Origin: Ophelia neglecta
Lineage: Eukaryota
Assembly: GCA_965285935.1 (NCBI GenBank)
Contig: OZ260665.1
Coordinates: 45,570,001-45,634,000 of the forward strand
Length of the DNA: 64,000 nt
Direction: 5' to 3'
Shown: positions 25,901 through 40,200 of the stretch, piece by piece
Layout: the number at the start of each line of letters is the position of its first letter
Numbering within the stretch: the stretch's first letter is position 1
Translations under genes and position numbers: made by a program
The notes under the pieces: model-generated
What the model was told of the DNA's origin: nothing
Database searches by the model: none
Seen by the model: the letters and a program-made list of their open reading frames with translations, nothing else

Positions 25901-27765
25901 AGTATGTACAAGAAACGCACACTTTCTTTTTGGGAAAATTCTAGATCATGTACTTTATGGATAATAGGATATATATAGCATTGCATTGGAGTTTTCACCA
26001 TTTCTCTGTTCAAAATGGATAAAATGCAATATTCAAAGGCCAGACGTACATTTGTCTGTGTCGGGATGGACTGTGTTAAAATGTGTTTCCGTATGTGTTA
26101 TCCATTCCACCTACACTCCACAATTTTCACTGAAGGTGTTGGAACTGAACTGAAATGTGTTACAGCTGCAGTGTGATAGCGTCACACAGTGGAACACATA
26201 ATCAAAAAATCATGTCAAGATTGTTTAAATATGTTTACATCTAGTTCAGTGAAAAAGTATTATTTATAACCATCTGTTTTTTAATCGAATTTGATTAAAG
26301 GAAATGTGCATACAAGGCGCTCTCATTGAGCACTTACTGTTCTGTTAAAGTATCGTAGTTTTGCTTATATATGTCGAGAGATTGGGTCACGCTCTCTTCA
26401 GCCCTCCTCGAGGGACCCCTCCTGTAGCCGACCAGGTAAATCTTACCTGCCTCCAAGTGTATGCCCAGGTCTTTGTCGTTATACGGCGTACCTGGCGCTA
26501 CTTAACGGCACAAGTGTTTACTTATACTTAACAAGAAACACTATTATTTTCAATTGTCTGCATTTGTTCAATTGTTTTGCTTACGACCCGGGTTGTTTAA
26601 TGAAGACCTGATGAGTATTTCTTGAACCCTTCAACCTTGAAGAATGTAACGCGTGCATGACGAGGCAATTGTTGGCTTATCTTGCCAAGATGTAAACAAT
26701 TATCTTATTGTAAAGTATACAAAAGTATTTACAAGTGTGAAATCGGTAGGGTCTTAAAACTTTGTACGGAGATTGATCATGATAAATGCTGATGGAATTG
26801 AGAGCGCCGTGATAGTCGCGAGTTGTTACGAGGAGCAATCCATATTGACTCAAACGGACCATTGACTACCAAAATTGCTGGGCGCTTGATTAGAAAATTA
26901 TTTGTCGATATGATCAGTAAAATGAAGGATTTACTTTATTAGCGCCACACAAGCAAAATTCATTCCTAAACAAAGTTCTTGTTCTCGAAATTAACAAATT
27001 GCATGCGCATAAGATATAATGATATTCAATAGTATTTCGGATCCTACAGTATTACACTTATTTTGACCAAACAAAATCTCAATGGATTCAAATAAATTCC
27101 CTATACAGTTGTTTTGCCACAGGCGTTTGGGCCATTGTTTCAGTATTAAAATATCACTTTCACCATCGTGCAATTCATGACAACAACAATTCGGGCATAT
27201 ATAGGCCTAGGCTGTCTATAAGCTGTGGAACTATAAATAACCAAACTTGCAATAAACTAACGGTAATGAAAAAGCAAGACTTTTAGTTCCAGAGATTAAT
27301 TTCTCTCGATATATAACCAACATTCTAAATTATTAATACCATAGGAAGGTAAATGCGATTTATTGGTGAACCGGATTCAGAAATGACATACGACCACTTT
27401 TATATATGCTTCTGGTAAACATGATAAAGCAATATTTCCGTTCTGAGCAACCAAGAAACTGTATTCGGAGCTGCTCCGGACATTATATCCGATAGGTATT
27501 GCCGGGGGATTTTCAGCGCCTTTGATATTGCGAAGAAATGATTAATAAGGACACCTTATTTTTAAGACCAGGTTGTCATAAAATACGGTTGTCAGGAAGT
27601 TCAGAAGCGTATATATACATATACCGGATATACAGGCAGGAAAAACGCATACATGAACATGAAAAAGCGGCCTTCTTTGAAGTTTGCGAATAGATATATA
27701 TGTACTTGAAAGATTGCTATGATTTAACCGGTGTGAACATGTTAAGGGTTCTCCGGTCGGCAGGA

Positions 27766-27913
27766 ATTCAGTGGTCCCGGCCCCTGAGTTCTCAAGTTTG
27801 AGTGTCCCCGGACTCTTAAGTTATCTAGATTCAGTGTCCCCGGACACTGAGTTTCTATGTTTCAGTGTCCCCGGACTCAGAGTTATCTGGATTCAGGGTC
27901 CCTGGACTCTCAG
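27766..27913. repeat. ~31-32-bp minisatellite, 5 units (ttcagtgtccccggac.ctgagtt...)
   Basis: Visible tandem units; underlies ORF 27771..28088. Confidence 0.9.
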
Positions 27914-30900
27914 GTCGTGGACGGCCAGTCCACGATCTGAACTGATGGAACTCACTCACCTAGCGAGAAGAACGATTAAATCTAATCAAGTCAACTCGAG
28001 ACACAAGGAAATGACAACATTTACTTCTGTGACTCCCCCGACAAGAGACAGGAGATTGTATATTCCCTTGCGCCATGTCATAGAATGACAAGAACGCACT
28101 GTGTTCTAATCGCGCCATTCGCTATAGATCTAATAACTAGTCTATAGATTTATTATCATTTTTAACCTTTCAAGGTTTAATAATGAAAGTTCCACGTTCT
28201 GTTTCCACCAAGGTTCATTGAGGAAACACTCCAGCCAATAAGTCATCTACTATAGCCCCATATAGAGCGAAGCGATATGTTATCTTGTTTTATTAGGTAA
28301 TTATGTTAATTGATATTGAATCAGAATCCTAATAATTATTCATTGCTTTGTATGCATATCCTGTGCAAAGTCATACTTATGGTATAGAGGCTAATTATAG
28401 ACCGCCGCCCCCACCCCATCTAAAGAATACATCCAGCTGGGAGCCTATCAAACTTTAAGTACTCCGGGCTAAGCCTATATACCCAGATCTCTATACTTGG
28501 CCTGTCGGTATGTCACTGTACTCTATTGGGCAAGTGTCATATAATCTATGAGGGATTAACCTCGAAGTATTACAGTAGCGATTTTATGGATGCAAGGCTC
28601 GTTTTAAATCCATACCCGGCACCTTTTCTGTTGACATTGAGAATAATAGTCATTCAATTCCATATAGATCCGAACTATAAACATAAATTACATCTATTGT
28701 TGTAATTTCCGATTCACCGCCATTCAGAGAATTTTGATCCCAAATGAAAACAGTGTGCTCTCAAGGTGCAGGTTCGGTGATAATAGTTTTTAACAACAAA
28801 CTGGGGTAGCCGGGGCCGACTATTTACTCAGCTGACGATCACGTGACTCGAAAAGGAATCGGAATGTCCACTATCCACCAAAAATATTTGGCGACGCGCA
28901 AATCCGCAACGAAAGCAGACGGTATCGTCCGTGTCAGTTTCCCCCTGAGTGTAAACCTGTCTGCTGACCACAAAATTTAGAGGCTTACCGAAAGCAACCT
29001 CCGTGAACTATGCAAATATTACTCGAACAAAACCCTGTCAATGCCCCGCCAAACCTCAAAGTTGAAGGGTGTGAAGAAGAGATTTGACTTCTCTTAAGTT
29101 GGTCATTTGCACAAAAGATCCCAAGTGCAGCTTCCGTCAGGATTAAAGGCCCTGTTTTTATATTACCTGGGCGCTAAGAACTAATAGTTGGAATGTAGCC
29201 ATTGTTAGCGATTGTAGTATTTATTTTCGAGTGATCATGACATTTTTGGCAGGGCTGAGTGAACTCTTGACTTCATTCAATAGTTATGTAAGGGATGTAC
29301 TGCCTTTCACCGCGCACCCCGTCGCCTCCACTGGACAGTTAAATGTATTAATATTATGATAATGTCACATTTTCAAGTGCATACTTACACAATTTCAAAT
29401 TGCCTGTTTTCTCAAGAAATTCATTGGCCACTGTTCCGAAGTGTGTTGAAATATATTAACCATGTTCGATACTTTATTGAACGCAAATACAGTATACTGT
29501 TGAATACTGCAGGTAGGCTGGTCCAGGTATTTGAATTGTAGTTGGCAATAAGGAGTCGATTATCCGGAAATATATAATTTAGTAACCATTACAGTTTGAA
29601 ATTAAGAAAGGCACTGGCATGCGAGATTTGTCCTAGAATACCCGAAGAAGTCATTTGTGTGGATAAACAATTAAAATAACATTAACCATAAATATTCCCT
29701 ATTTACAGGAGGCCTTTATAGCATTTATAGTTGTTAGAGGTTTTAATCATATCTAGTTGTTAGGCGCTTTTCAATCAAAGTCCACGCTCATTTCTCCTTC
29801 TTATTAAAAAAAATCAAGTATAAAAATTATTGCGTTTAGACTCATAGTGAAACTAATAATTTAACAATAAACACGTGACAGTCCCGTATTTCAATGACTT
29901 ATTGGCTGTACATCGAGGGGGGTAAGCAGTCGTTTAAAACATGACGCACGCTGTTATGATTAACTATCCTAATACATTTCAGAAGGGTTTCACAACAACA
30001 GTTACAGTCAAGCCAAGCTCGCGTGCCGACGAGCATTTTACGTGCAATTTCACGCACAGTGTGTGTAATTTTCACAAAATGAGGTATTAGGACAATTTAC
30101 GAATCTAGTAGCGACAAGCTGTGTAATTATTTGTATTAGATGATGAAGGAAAATAGCTGCAAGGGGTGGGCCTATCCACGGGGGTCGGGAAATTACTGGA
30201 TTTAAAGCGAGGGGTTAGGAAGCTCGAGGGCTCAGGGTACGTTTGAAGCATCTCATTATCCATTAAAGGTAATTACATTTATAAAATACAGAGAAGTAAC
30301 GGGAACTCGCCATCGCTTCTCAACCCGTTGACAGCTTTAATAGCCGACCGTGCCGCGATTCTTCCCGTATTTATGACCATATTGATGGATTTCTTTCAGA
30401 AGTGATCCATGAAAACAGTAATGACCTAGCTTGGTTTCCGTTTCTTGACAGATTTACTGGTCTAAAGCACTTTCAGGGCGCTACGACATTTTCATTCGTC
30501 TCTTCAGATAGGATTGAAGTGCCCGCTGAACGAGTCTCTCACTTTATATCTGAAACAATTGGAACGTGGATCGAAAATTTATTGTGAGCTTTTCACACTT
30601 TTGTTTTATATGGGCTCATAATAATGCTGCTTCTCCAATAGATATCAAACATACATGTATCACAACTCCCAGATTTAGTCGCCAATTTTCACCTTTTGAC
30701 ACTCTCGCCGTTAAAGCAGCTTTTAACAATGCAAAGAGCCATTCCGTCTCCTACCACGGCCATTAATTTGGAGTGATTCGCGGTGATAACACAGAGGTAA
30801 TTACTCCGCAGGTAAATCACCGGAGTGCTATTTTCTCCCTGGAGCTTTCTGTCGTTGTATCCCCAGGGGATGAGTAGATGGGGCAGTTATTATTCAAGTC

Positions 30901-33900
30901 ACTTTCTATTGTGTCTGTGCACTCAGATGCTCTTACATTTCCAGTATAAATCTTCTTAAATCACCCTACAATGTGTGGCGGTTACTGTGGAAGAAGCGTT
31001 GATGTGGATGTATAATTTCGCTGAATGGCATTCAGCTTCATTAGCTTTGTAGTGGTAAGCAGCCATTTTGATGACATAATCTGTGAGAGGCGCCATTTTA
31101 GTGACGTCCCACTGACGTAATCAACGATACTTAATATGGAGAGCGTTTCGACTTCAAGTCGGTGGAGAGCTCAGCGGTTCACGAGTGACCTGTCACTTTG
31201 TCAGAAGGGCCCTACTGATTTTAATTCACTGGAATTGTTAATTATTGGCCAACATCTCCCAGGTGCGATATGTCACCGGGCACGGACCGCAAATCACCGA
31301 CACAAAGCGAGAAAACTTGTCATTTCGGATTAAATCGGCGGGGTGGGATGCAGAAAGCAGACGACACCTCGCTTTCCATTGTAATAACAGTGTTAAACAC
31401 ACATCTGCTGCTTGTGAAAACTGCCATGTCGAATCGGAAAACGCTTGTAGTCAACGGGTTTCTGCAACGGACATCAGCTGATCTAAAGGCTAGATTGATG
31501 TCATTTGTAGTTTGCCAAGAAACACTAGTGTTTAAATATGCGTATGATCTTAATACCAAAAGCGACTTGACAAAAATGATGCATTCAGATTTATTTGTAC
31601 CAAGGCCTTTGGTCGACAAGTTATAAGCTGCTGTGGAACACAGATCTGTCTATAACTCCACAGGAAAAAGGGCACATATCGCAGTACGCTATCCCTTTTT
31701 GTTTGCTTTGGGCTGTCAGAAACAGAAGCTTAATCCGAGTTGACAGTGGTTTTCCCGGAAGTTTCCTGATCTAACTTTGCTAATGCGCTGATTATAATCT
31801 TACGTCTTTTATTTCTAATGACAGTGTCTGCCCTTTGTGGGTCCAAGTTGTGAGTAGGATGAGGCCCGCACACTAAGTAAGGCCAGTGTTTACTTATTTT
31901 CCGCAAAAAAAACCCAAAAAGAACAAAACAGATTTATTCTCATGAAGGCTCAAATTCAACCGGTAGTGCTTGGCAGAAATGTGCTCTTCAACAAGACTGC
32001 GATTTGGGCAAAAAGAAACAAGAAAAAAGAACGTCCTTGTGAAAGAGTAAGGACAACAGGTGAGAGAGGGGGGGGGGGGCTCCCTGTTGTCTTCAACGAC
32101 GATTCTCCTTAATCCTTTACAGCTGCAGCGAAAATGGGCTTCCAATTCCCTCTGACCACTCCTGCAGGTTACATCTTGCTCTACGACCAAGGTAGAAAGA
32201 AATAGAAACAAAGGTAGCGCCTTTTCTTGTTATGAGTAAGCCTAAAGATCGGTCACCGATTTTACAAAAATGTATATATGTATATATTTATATATGCAAT
32301 GACGACGCTGGACGCTGAGTTATAGCGTACTTGTTCAAAATTGAGCTGAACTTCTGCTCTGTTGATTGGAAATAGATCTAAAGCCACACTAAAAAGGCCA
32401 ATTCTATTTAACCAACATCCCGCATGCTTTTAATCAATTTGTAGTGATTAGTGCAATATATTTCCTTAACCGGGAGTGTGTTTGATGGTGAGTACAAATG
32501 GTGAGATTTGACTTAATCGCCCTCGGTGGTCGATGTTTTGTGGTAAGGTAACAAAGGACGAAATACCTGTGAACAGTGCCGTTTAAACACGATTCATTAG
32601 AGTCGAAAGGCGCCCCAAATCATCGTTCAAACACTAGAACCCCGTAACCTGGTCATGCAGAAGGGACAAGGAGTGCATGAAATGTGAATTATCACCTTTC
32701 CAAACTTTGTGTTTGGCAAAACATTGTTCGCGCAGTTCAAGTGGATAACGGGAGTGAAAGGTGCATTACTGGCCCAGCAGGAAGGGGGCTGACAATAATT
32801 CCGCAGCGGTCGTCATGAATCAAAATAATCACAGACACATATCTCTCGGACAGCGGACAAGAACAATGGACACGAGGGAGAACTGGCACCTGAGGTTGAT
32901 ATTGGGGGTCGGGAAGGGGGGCAGGGGTGCGGCACTTCCTTATAACACTTAATTCTTGTTAGGTATATCTAACAGAGCAGACGTGAGCAGTCTGTATATT
33001 AAGGGAGTCAGCATTCATCATTGGTTCTGATGTACAACCCGAATAAACGTTTCAGGCATCATTCTAATTACAAACTTCAAAGACAACGAGTAGAAATCAA
33101 TAGGTGAAAGATCTTCTGTGCGATTCCTGCTGAAGCTAAAAACATTCGATAATAAACGATCGTTGACAGGACGAACGGGAACAGTAATGCATCTGAATAA
33201 ACTACAACTTCCATTCAACATCAAAACAAATAAAGTGAATCTGTCAGTGGGAGCGTGATATTTTTTTCTGCTGATAATGCGTGGACGTTTCAATGGTGCA
33301 CGTTGCCACACAATGCAGACGATCGATCTAAGATGAAATCTCAGCCGCGGGAACTGCGGGTATCGCACGCTCCTCATCGATTTATTGACCAATCTTTGCT
33401 TGCGTTTCCCATAAGTCCGGGACTGAAACATGGCGGATGTCAAGCCCTTCCCGCGTTTGTATTTCGCTCCTGCCGTCGTTATTCAACTTTCTGTAAACCA
33501 ATATTAGCGGGCTGTCATTTCTACAAAACTGCAGATTAAAGATTGGGAAGTAACATCAATTGGCTTTGCTCTGAGTAGTTGCTCATCCTTTGTCGTGTAA
33601 CCGCCAATACTAACTATGTCGTTGATCTCAATCACAGGCCTCGACCAATATGCTCGAAATAGAGGTAACCTTTTGAGTGCCCATTATACATGCAAACCAT
33701 TGCATTTAGACTGTAAATGTATACATAGTCCCGATGGGATAAGCACATGTTGCATGGGAGAAGCCTTTAAATCAAGTTGTAGAAGTCAGGGTAATTGGCG
33801 ACACAAATATGCTTCCTTTAATTTGACAAGTACTCACAAAGTTCTAGGTAGTATTAGGCCTATATTGTTCAATATTAAAGAAACAGGCAGGCTAAAAGAC

Positions 33901-34123
33901 TGTCACGTGACTATTAATGTGCTTGACAGTTAGCCGGAAGTAGTTGACGTACGTGAGCTTCTGGGCAGTGTGTGTTCTGATGGCTTTGACATCCCATTTT
34001 TGTCTGACCAAACATAGACAACTGCTTCAAGAATCATGTTCGCCTAGTGTTCAGATATACTTTCTATTTGGTATTTTAATTGTAAACTGTAATCTAGCCA
34101 CCTCGACAAGAGGAGATGGACGT

Positions 34124-34290
34124 GCCCACTGAAGTTGGTAACTCCCCAATATATGCCTACTTGAGTTGACAAATCTCATATATAGGCCCACTGAAGTTGG
34201 TAACTCCCCAATATAGGCCTACTTAAGTTGACAAATCTCAAATATAGGGCTTCTGAAGTTGAAAACTCTCATATATAGGCCTACTGAGCT
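34124..34290. repeat. 62-bp tandem repeat (~2.7 copies) built from two related ~31-bp subunits
   Basis: gcccactgaagttggtaactccccaatata occurs at 34124 and 34186, alternating with gcctactt.agttgacaaatctca. Confidence 0.9.
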
Positions 34291-37200
34291 TGCACGTAAC
34301 GTTGAATTTCAATTAATTTCCAATTTTCTTTCCTTTTCATTTCATAAGAAATGATACCACTGAGCGTTAGCTTTTCTCCCTGACGGTTTTGCAAGATATA
34401 TTAATGTAGTCTACCTTATATCGGCTCTAGATGCTAACAGGCTATAGGCATATTTTGTCTTTCACTTGTCTACAAATATGACCTATAATTCGTTTGTTCG
34501 TCAAAGGTGTGCTATCTCTGCTGCAGGGATAATATGGCTTATCCCTTCTTTTTTGTATTTCAATTTCCCCTGACCTACTTTACAATGAAGCAAATCATTA
34601 AGAATGTGTTTTTTAGTAGTATCTCGCTTTGATGACTCATATTATTACGACTACGACTTCTACTGTTTGTGCTGACAGGACAAAATAAGAGAGGGGGTGG
34701 AAAAGGAAAGCACCTGAATCGTTTGACTTTTCTTAATCCTCCAATATAGTATATTTCATCTTGCCAAACAAATTACTATTTGGTTTTGCACTGTATCTTT
34801 ATAATTATCTAAGCCACGGTTTGTGGCCTTCATGTTTCAACCATTTTGCCTGGTGCTCAACACCATGATATTGTCAATCACCAGTTTAGACATTCAATCA
34901 CCTTAGAGAATCAGGTAATCGTAACGTTAAACAATAAAATTCTACAGAAAAAATTAAGGTTAAAGGTCATCGACAATTTTCTCTTTTCTCTTCTACATTA
35001 TTGGCCTTACTTAATCATCGGTGACGTAAGAGGCCGCCCTCTCTTCCATCAACTCCCAGTTTGATGCGATTGACCAAAGTCGGTGTTGTGTGCCGTGAAG
35101 GAGAGGGGAGGAGAGGGGAGTCACCCAAGGCAGACGACATCAGGAGGTTTAAGAAGAGAGCATGACGGGAAGTCTTCAGCGACCACGCCCTCCCCTGGCG
35201 GCACTAACATGTAGCGGTACTCTACAGGCCCTGAGAGGGGTACTTAGAGCGACACGACCTGAAGACAAACCAGGAGCACTCTTCACATCTCCCTGGCACC
35301 TGGCCACCACCTCCTGAAACCACCAACTACCCCCAGGGCAAGACAGAACCCCCGCAGCATCAAACCTTTATGTTAAATTGGATCAGGGTGGTTTTCTCTC
35401 ACCTAATAATTAAATAAGGTTGCAAACTGGGGTGAGATGGCAGTTGTTGGAGGTGACTTAACGATGGCCCCAACGCTGAGCCGAATATCAAATCTGAGCT
35501 CTACAAACCCATTGAACGCCCCAGGGGATGGCCGGGAACAGGCGAGAGGGAGGAACTAGCACACTTTTTAAATTTTCAAAGGTGGTTCGAGGCTTTCCGT
35601 CAAGTCTTTTGTCTTCTTAATTTCAGCCCTAATAATGGATCCCTCTTATTTCCTTAATTAACACTTTTTTCCTCCGCCTCTGTTTTGCCTTTGTTTGCGA
35701 CTGGAAATATCAATTTGCGCGGTTGAATCAGATTTGTTGATTAATAGAAATGGAAGTTGACCCTTTCCACTCTACACTCTCTTAGAAGAATTCCTATTAG
35801 ATAAGATGTTTATTGATTTGTAGCCTCTGCTACATGTATAAATGATTGTAAGTCGGAATCAAGAGACGTTGAAAATGCGACCCTAGAACTATGTCCTTTA
35901 TGATGACACTGGAGCCTCCCACAATTTGATATAGTATAGGCTTCAGCTCTTACAAAATATACGCCATTTCAAAATATCTATTAGGTCTACGTTATTGCTG
36001 TAAGTTGAAAAGATGCAGAAAATGTCAAATTTCTGGATATTATACTTACGGCTTGAAGGCGGCATATCTGTATACGGTTTGTTCACAGTTCTGGCAGAAT
36101 AATGAAGTTTTTAAGCAGGTAATTCAGACATATGCTTTGTCATAACCGGACTAGTGGTTTCAATATATTAGTCTACATATACTGTAGATAGCTCAGCGTC
36201 TGATGGGGAAAACCAAAGAAACTGAATAGACATATTTTTCCATAATGAAAGACATGCAACGTATTTTGAAAATTGGTGAAAAATAGTGCATGTCACGCAA
36301 ATTTGCGTTCCTTGTAGCTGCGCAACAAAAGAAGCGGCGTTTTTAGAAAATACGTCTCGTGTTCAAGAGAGATGGTTAGTCGATGCTTGGAACCAATGCC
36401 TTTGATTCTGCATCCCTACATCAAAGAAGCGAACTTCGCTTCCGTAGCTGTTAGCTACTGCTTCAGAGCAAACAGCCGCCGCGATTCTCATAATCTTCTG
36501 TTTACAGCTCGCAGATTTTATCACGCAGGAGGCACATAGAGAGGCTTTTAAGCGGTGATCAGGAAATCTGGGGTGGAAAACAAAGAACACTTCGTACTAG
36601 GCCGATGTTTAGTCTGCTCGGCATTCACAACATCGAAGTTGGAATCGTCTGCTTGTGTTCTGGCACAAGCTAAACACTGGCAACTCTGCAGGAACAGACT
36701 TGAGTAAGCAATCGTTGACAACGGGGTAGAAAAGAACAGAGATACCTTGTTAACTGTGGTTTACGTTCACGCAACTCTGGACGTAATCTAATTATTATTT
36801 GTTGTGGCATGCTTGAGATCTGACGACCTATCTTGTATCCAAACAGACTCCTACGCTTCTGGTTGCGATAAGCACGGCAATAGTGTGTTTGGAAATCTCA
36901 CGGTACACCGCACTGTTAAAGCTTGTTAATTTTACACGATAAGTAACAAACGGGTTTCACATATAACAAGTTAAGTTTGATAAATACTACAGTATACTAC
37001 AATAGCAAGACTTTTCTTCAGATAATCATCATCAAACGGTTGGCGGTGTTTGGCTATTTTTCTACGCGACTGCGCTGCTTGGTGCCGACTCTCTACATCA
37101 CTTCAAAGATGGGAAAGAAACAAAAAGCTTCTTTAAACACCGCCTACCTGGGAACTCCCAAGTCACCTCAAAGAAAGGTTAACCCTACACGAGCTCGCTA

Positions 37201-40200
37201 GTTAAACAGATTATGACCATACAGTTCTTGCTTCATCATGGTTAAACGATAAACATCTCTCACTTATAACAGATGGCTATAGCAGTAGAAAATCTCGAAT
37301 CAGGTTTTACTACATACAATTTACTATATGGCCAGTTAGACCTGCTGTAATTAGACATTTACTTTTTTCTGGTCCCTTTTTATCCAAGTTGAAGTGGTTG
37401 CAACCATTTCAATGTTTGACTTGGGCGTCGACCCTGAACTGCTCCATTTTCCTCTGTTGAAACCGTCTGAATTCAACGATCTTACCGGTCCAGATAAACT
37501 AGTAAATTATGACCTACGCTTGTTATATATTAACCCTTTACCGTCACTTTTAGGTATAGATATGGCCCCGCTCTTGTAATTTGCATTACACCAGTTGTAC
37601 ACTTGATTTTTGTAAAAAATTAATTTGCTGCCGTTGTGACTGCATACATTTGATTTAATATTACGATTTTTTACGGACCATCACGCACTTCTTAACTAAC
37701 ATACGCGCCAAATATATCTCAATATCATTTTCTTTTCTTATGAAATTAAAAGTTTGGAATGCAGGATTCCATGCTTTTGAAGTAAATAATTTACTCGCCC
37801 AACCCTCGGACTCAACTACACTAGAAACGTACCTCCCCTCCATTGCCCCAACCCCAACCCCCGGATAATATCTGGAAAAGACCTCTCCTCAAGACACGCG
37901 CTACCACCGGTTGTGGGAGTTTAAAGCACTCCATGTACGTTTGGCTCTTTACTAGAAAATATAGAAAGACTAGCGAGCCTCTTGTGGCTCAGCCTCGAGA
38001 GTATACTTATACTGAAATATTTGAATACAGAATGTGTTTTAACATGACATATTAGACATGGTCCAGGTAGATGGTCTAGGTAAAGTATTGGAATTATTGC
38101 AACCAGCTTTTCCGAAGACGCTGGGAATGATTTGTGAATGTACTGATTTATGACAAATATGACTAAACTAGGCGAGGGTTATTCGAGAGATGAATCCAGA
38201 ATCTGGTTTTCCTTTAATAAGTAAGGTACTCTATGTCATCATTGAAATGGTTGTACGCACTTCCGGTTTATTGGGAAACCAAGAAAGATACAAATATAGG
38301 CTCATTATTATGTGAAAGCAGTATACTTTCGTATCCCTGCATGTGAAATTCAATAATTCCACTGGAGCTATATGATCTTTACCCCAACCAATAGTGTCAT
38401 AATGCAATATGTTGTCTTAAAAACTAATAGCATCTATAGACCTGTATAATAGCTATATAGACTATTCTATCTTCATGTGTTGAAAATTGAAAGTAAGTGG
38501 TTAATATTGAGGTAACAGGGATCTATAATAGTAAGAAGATTCCAGATTTTCTACTGTATAGCCAGCTGGTTTGTTTTCAGTAAAGAACAGAACCCTTGTG
38601 ACCATAAGCTTGTCCCGCCCACCTACACTCACTCGCTTAATAAATAATTCATTTGATAGTATTTTCAGACAAACAATGCCGCACATCGTTCCTTTTTTTC
38701 ATGATTTTACACCATATGGTGGATCAAATAATATGAGGCAATCGGCAGGATTTGGGTCTTTTATTCGAGATTAAATCTCTCGCCTTGTCTGTTGCACTGT
38801 CACGCTCACCAGAAGGGCGGCCCATTTGAACTGCTCACAAGACAATGGTACCGGATTAAGCGGTAAACTCCGACCCCCCGCTCGAAACGTGTGTCGGTTG
38901 CCGAGAGCCGGCTCACGTCCTGGTGCTACATGATTGCACTCATTTCTAGGGAAACATTTGAAGAATAATTAAACAGACAACTAAATACAGCACAGATGCT
39001 AAAATCCGCAAATTATCGGCCCGCTCCATAGGTGGCGCTGAAGTGAGCGGACAAACGAACAAAGCGATAAACATCGCCAGGTCATCTGGAAAGGGGCTAA
39101 TCATTCGGGGGTGTACAAAGAGGGTATTATCCCTCGCCCCGGGGTCACGGCTAATAAGGACAGGAGAGACCTTGCCCGCCCATAAGTGCGGTTGTCTGGG
39201 CAGCCGTGTCCTTTGGAGAGATGAAAGATGGCGAGGTGTATTTTGCCGAATCGAGGGACACACCCGCAGACATGTCGGAGGGTTCCGGCTGTCTGTTTAT
39301 ACACCGGGTCTTCTCCGCCCGAACGTCGGGCGCAGTGAGCCTGATTAGGCCGGCACGTGGGAGAGTTGTCTCGGGCTTCCTGCCTAACTATTCTCCCTTC
39401 ATGTCCCTAGAGCCGCTCTGACCGTGACATTCTGGAAGTAGCCTTTAGCCAGCTGCAGGAAAGTCTTGTCTGCAAGTGGCAAACAACTGAACACTCGCCG
39501 GGCAGTTTTGACCACTGGCCGGCCAGTTGCTCAACTTCTGACCCCTCCAACCTTCCGCAAACATTACCAGCTAATCTGCCAGTACAGCTCACGGCCGGTG
39601 TGCCTCGGAGTTCCTGTCTAAGTCTTTGTTCTGAATAAAAACGTGGCCAGATGGCCTTTCCGAGTCAGATTTACACCTTAAAGTCAATCCTAAATTGTAA
39701 AGCTACTGCTGCTTATAACTCAGGTTGGGCCCTTGGTTACAAAGCCATGGCTCGAGTCAATTGCCACGGTGACACATAAGAGAAGGTCGGTCGATTCTAC
39801 GTACAAAGTGGATCATCGGATTCTCTGGAGGATATTAACACAGTTTATCCACGATGTTTTTGATCACCGTATGCCGGCAAACATCACCTGACACCCATCA
39901 AAAATACCTGATGATGTGTGATCAAGTTTGTACAGATTTTCAAACAGCATGCTACAGTAGAAGATGTAGATATAGACCCCACAACTGCACACCTGGACGA
40001 ACAGCAGCCTGCAATTGTTAATCTCACTAAACTCATTAAAATTGAACGATAAAACTTCTCCATATAGAAGAGAATGATTGTTTGATAAAAAGATGAAACA
40101 TATTGCATTAATGTTATCATCAGGTTACCAAGTTCCCAGACGATTTTCTTACATTTGCCAGTCAACATAAAAACCTCGTCCACGTGCAGTTCATGGGGTG

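Noticed and set aside
39021-39040. CTCF-like AGGTGGCGCT
   Set aside because: Only the 3' half matches the consensus; insufficient without data.
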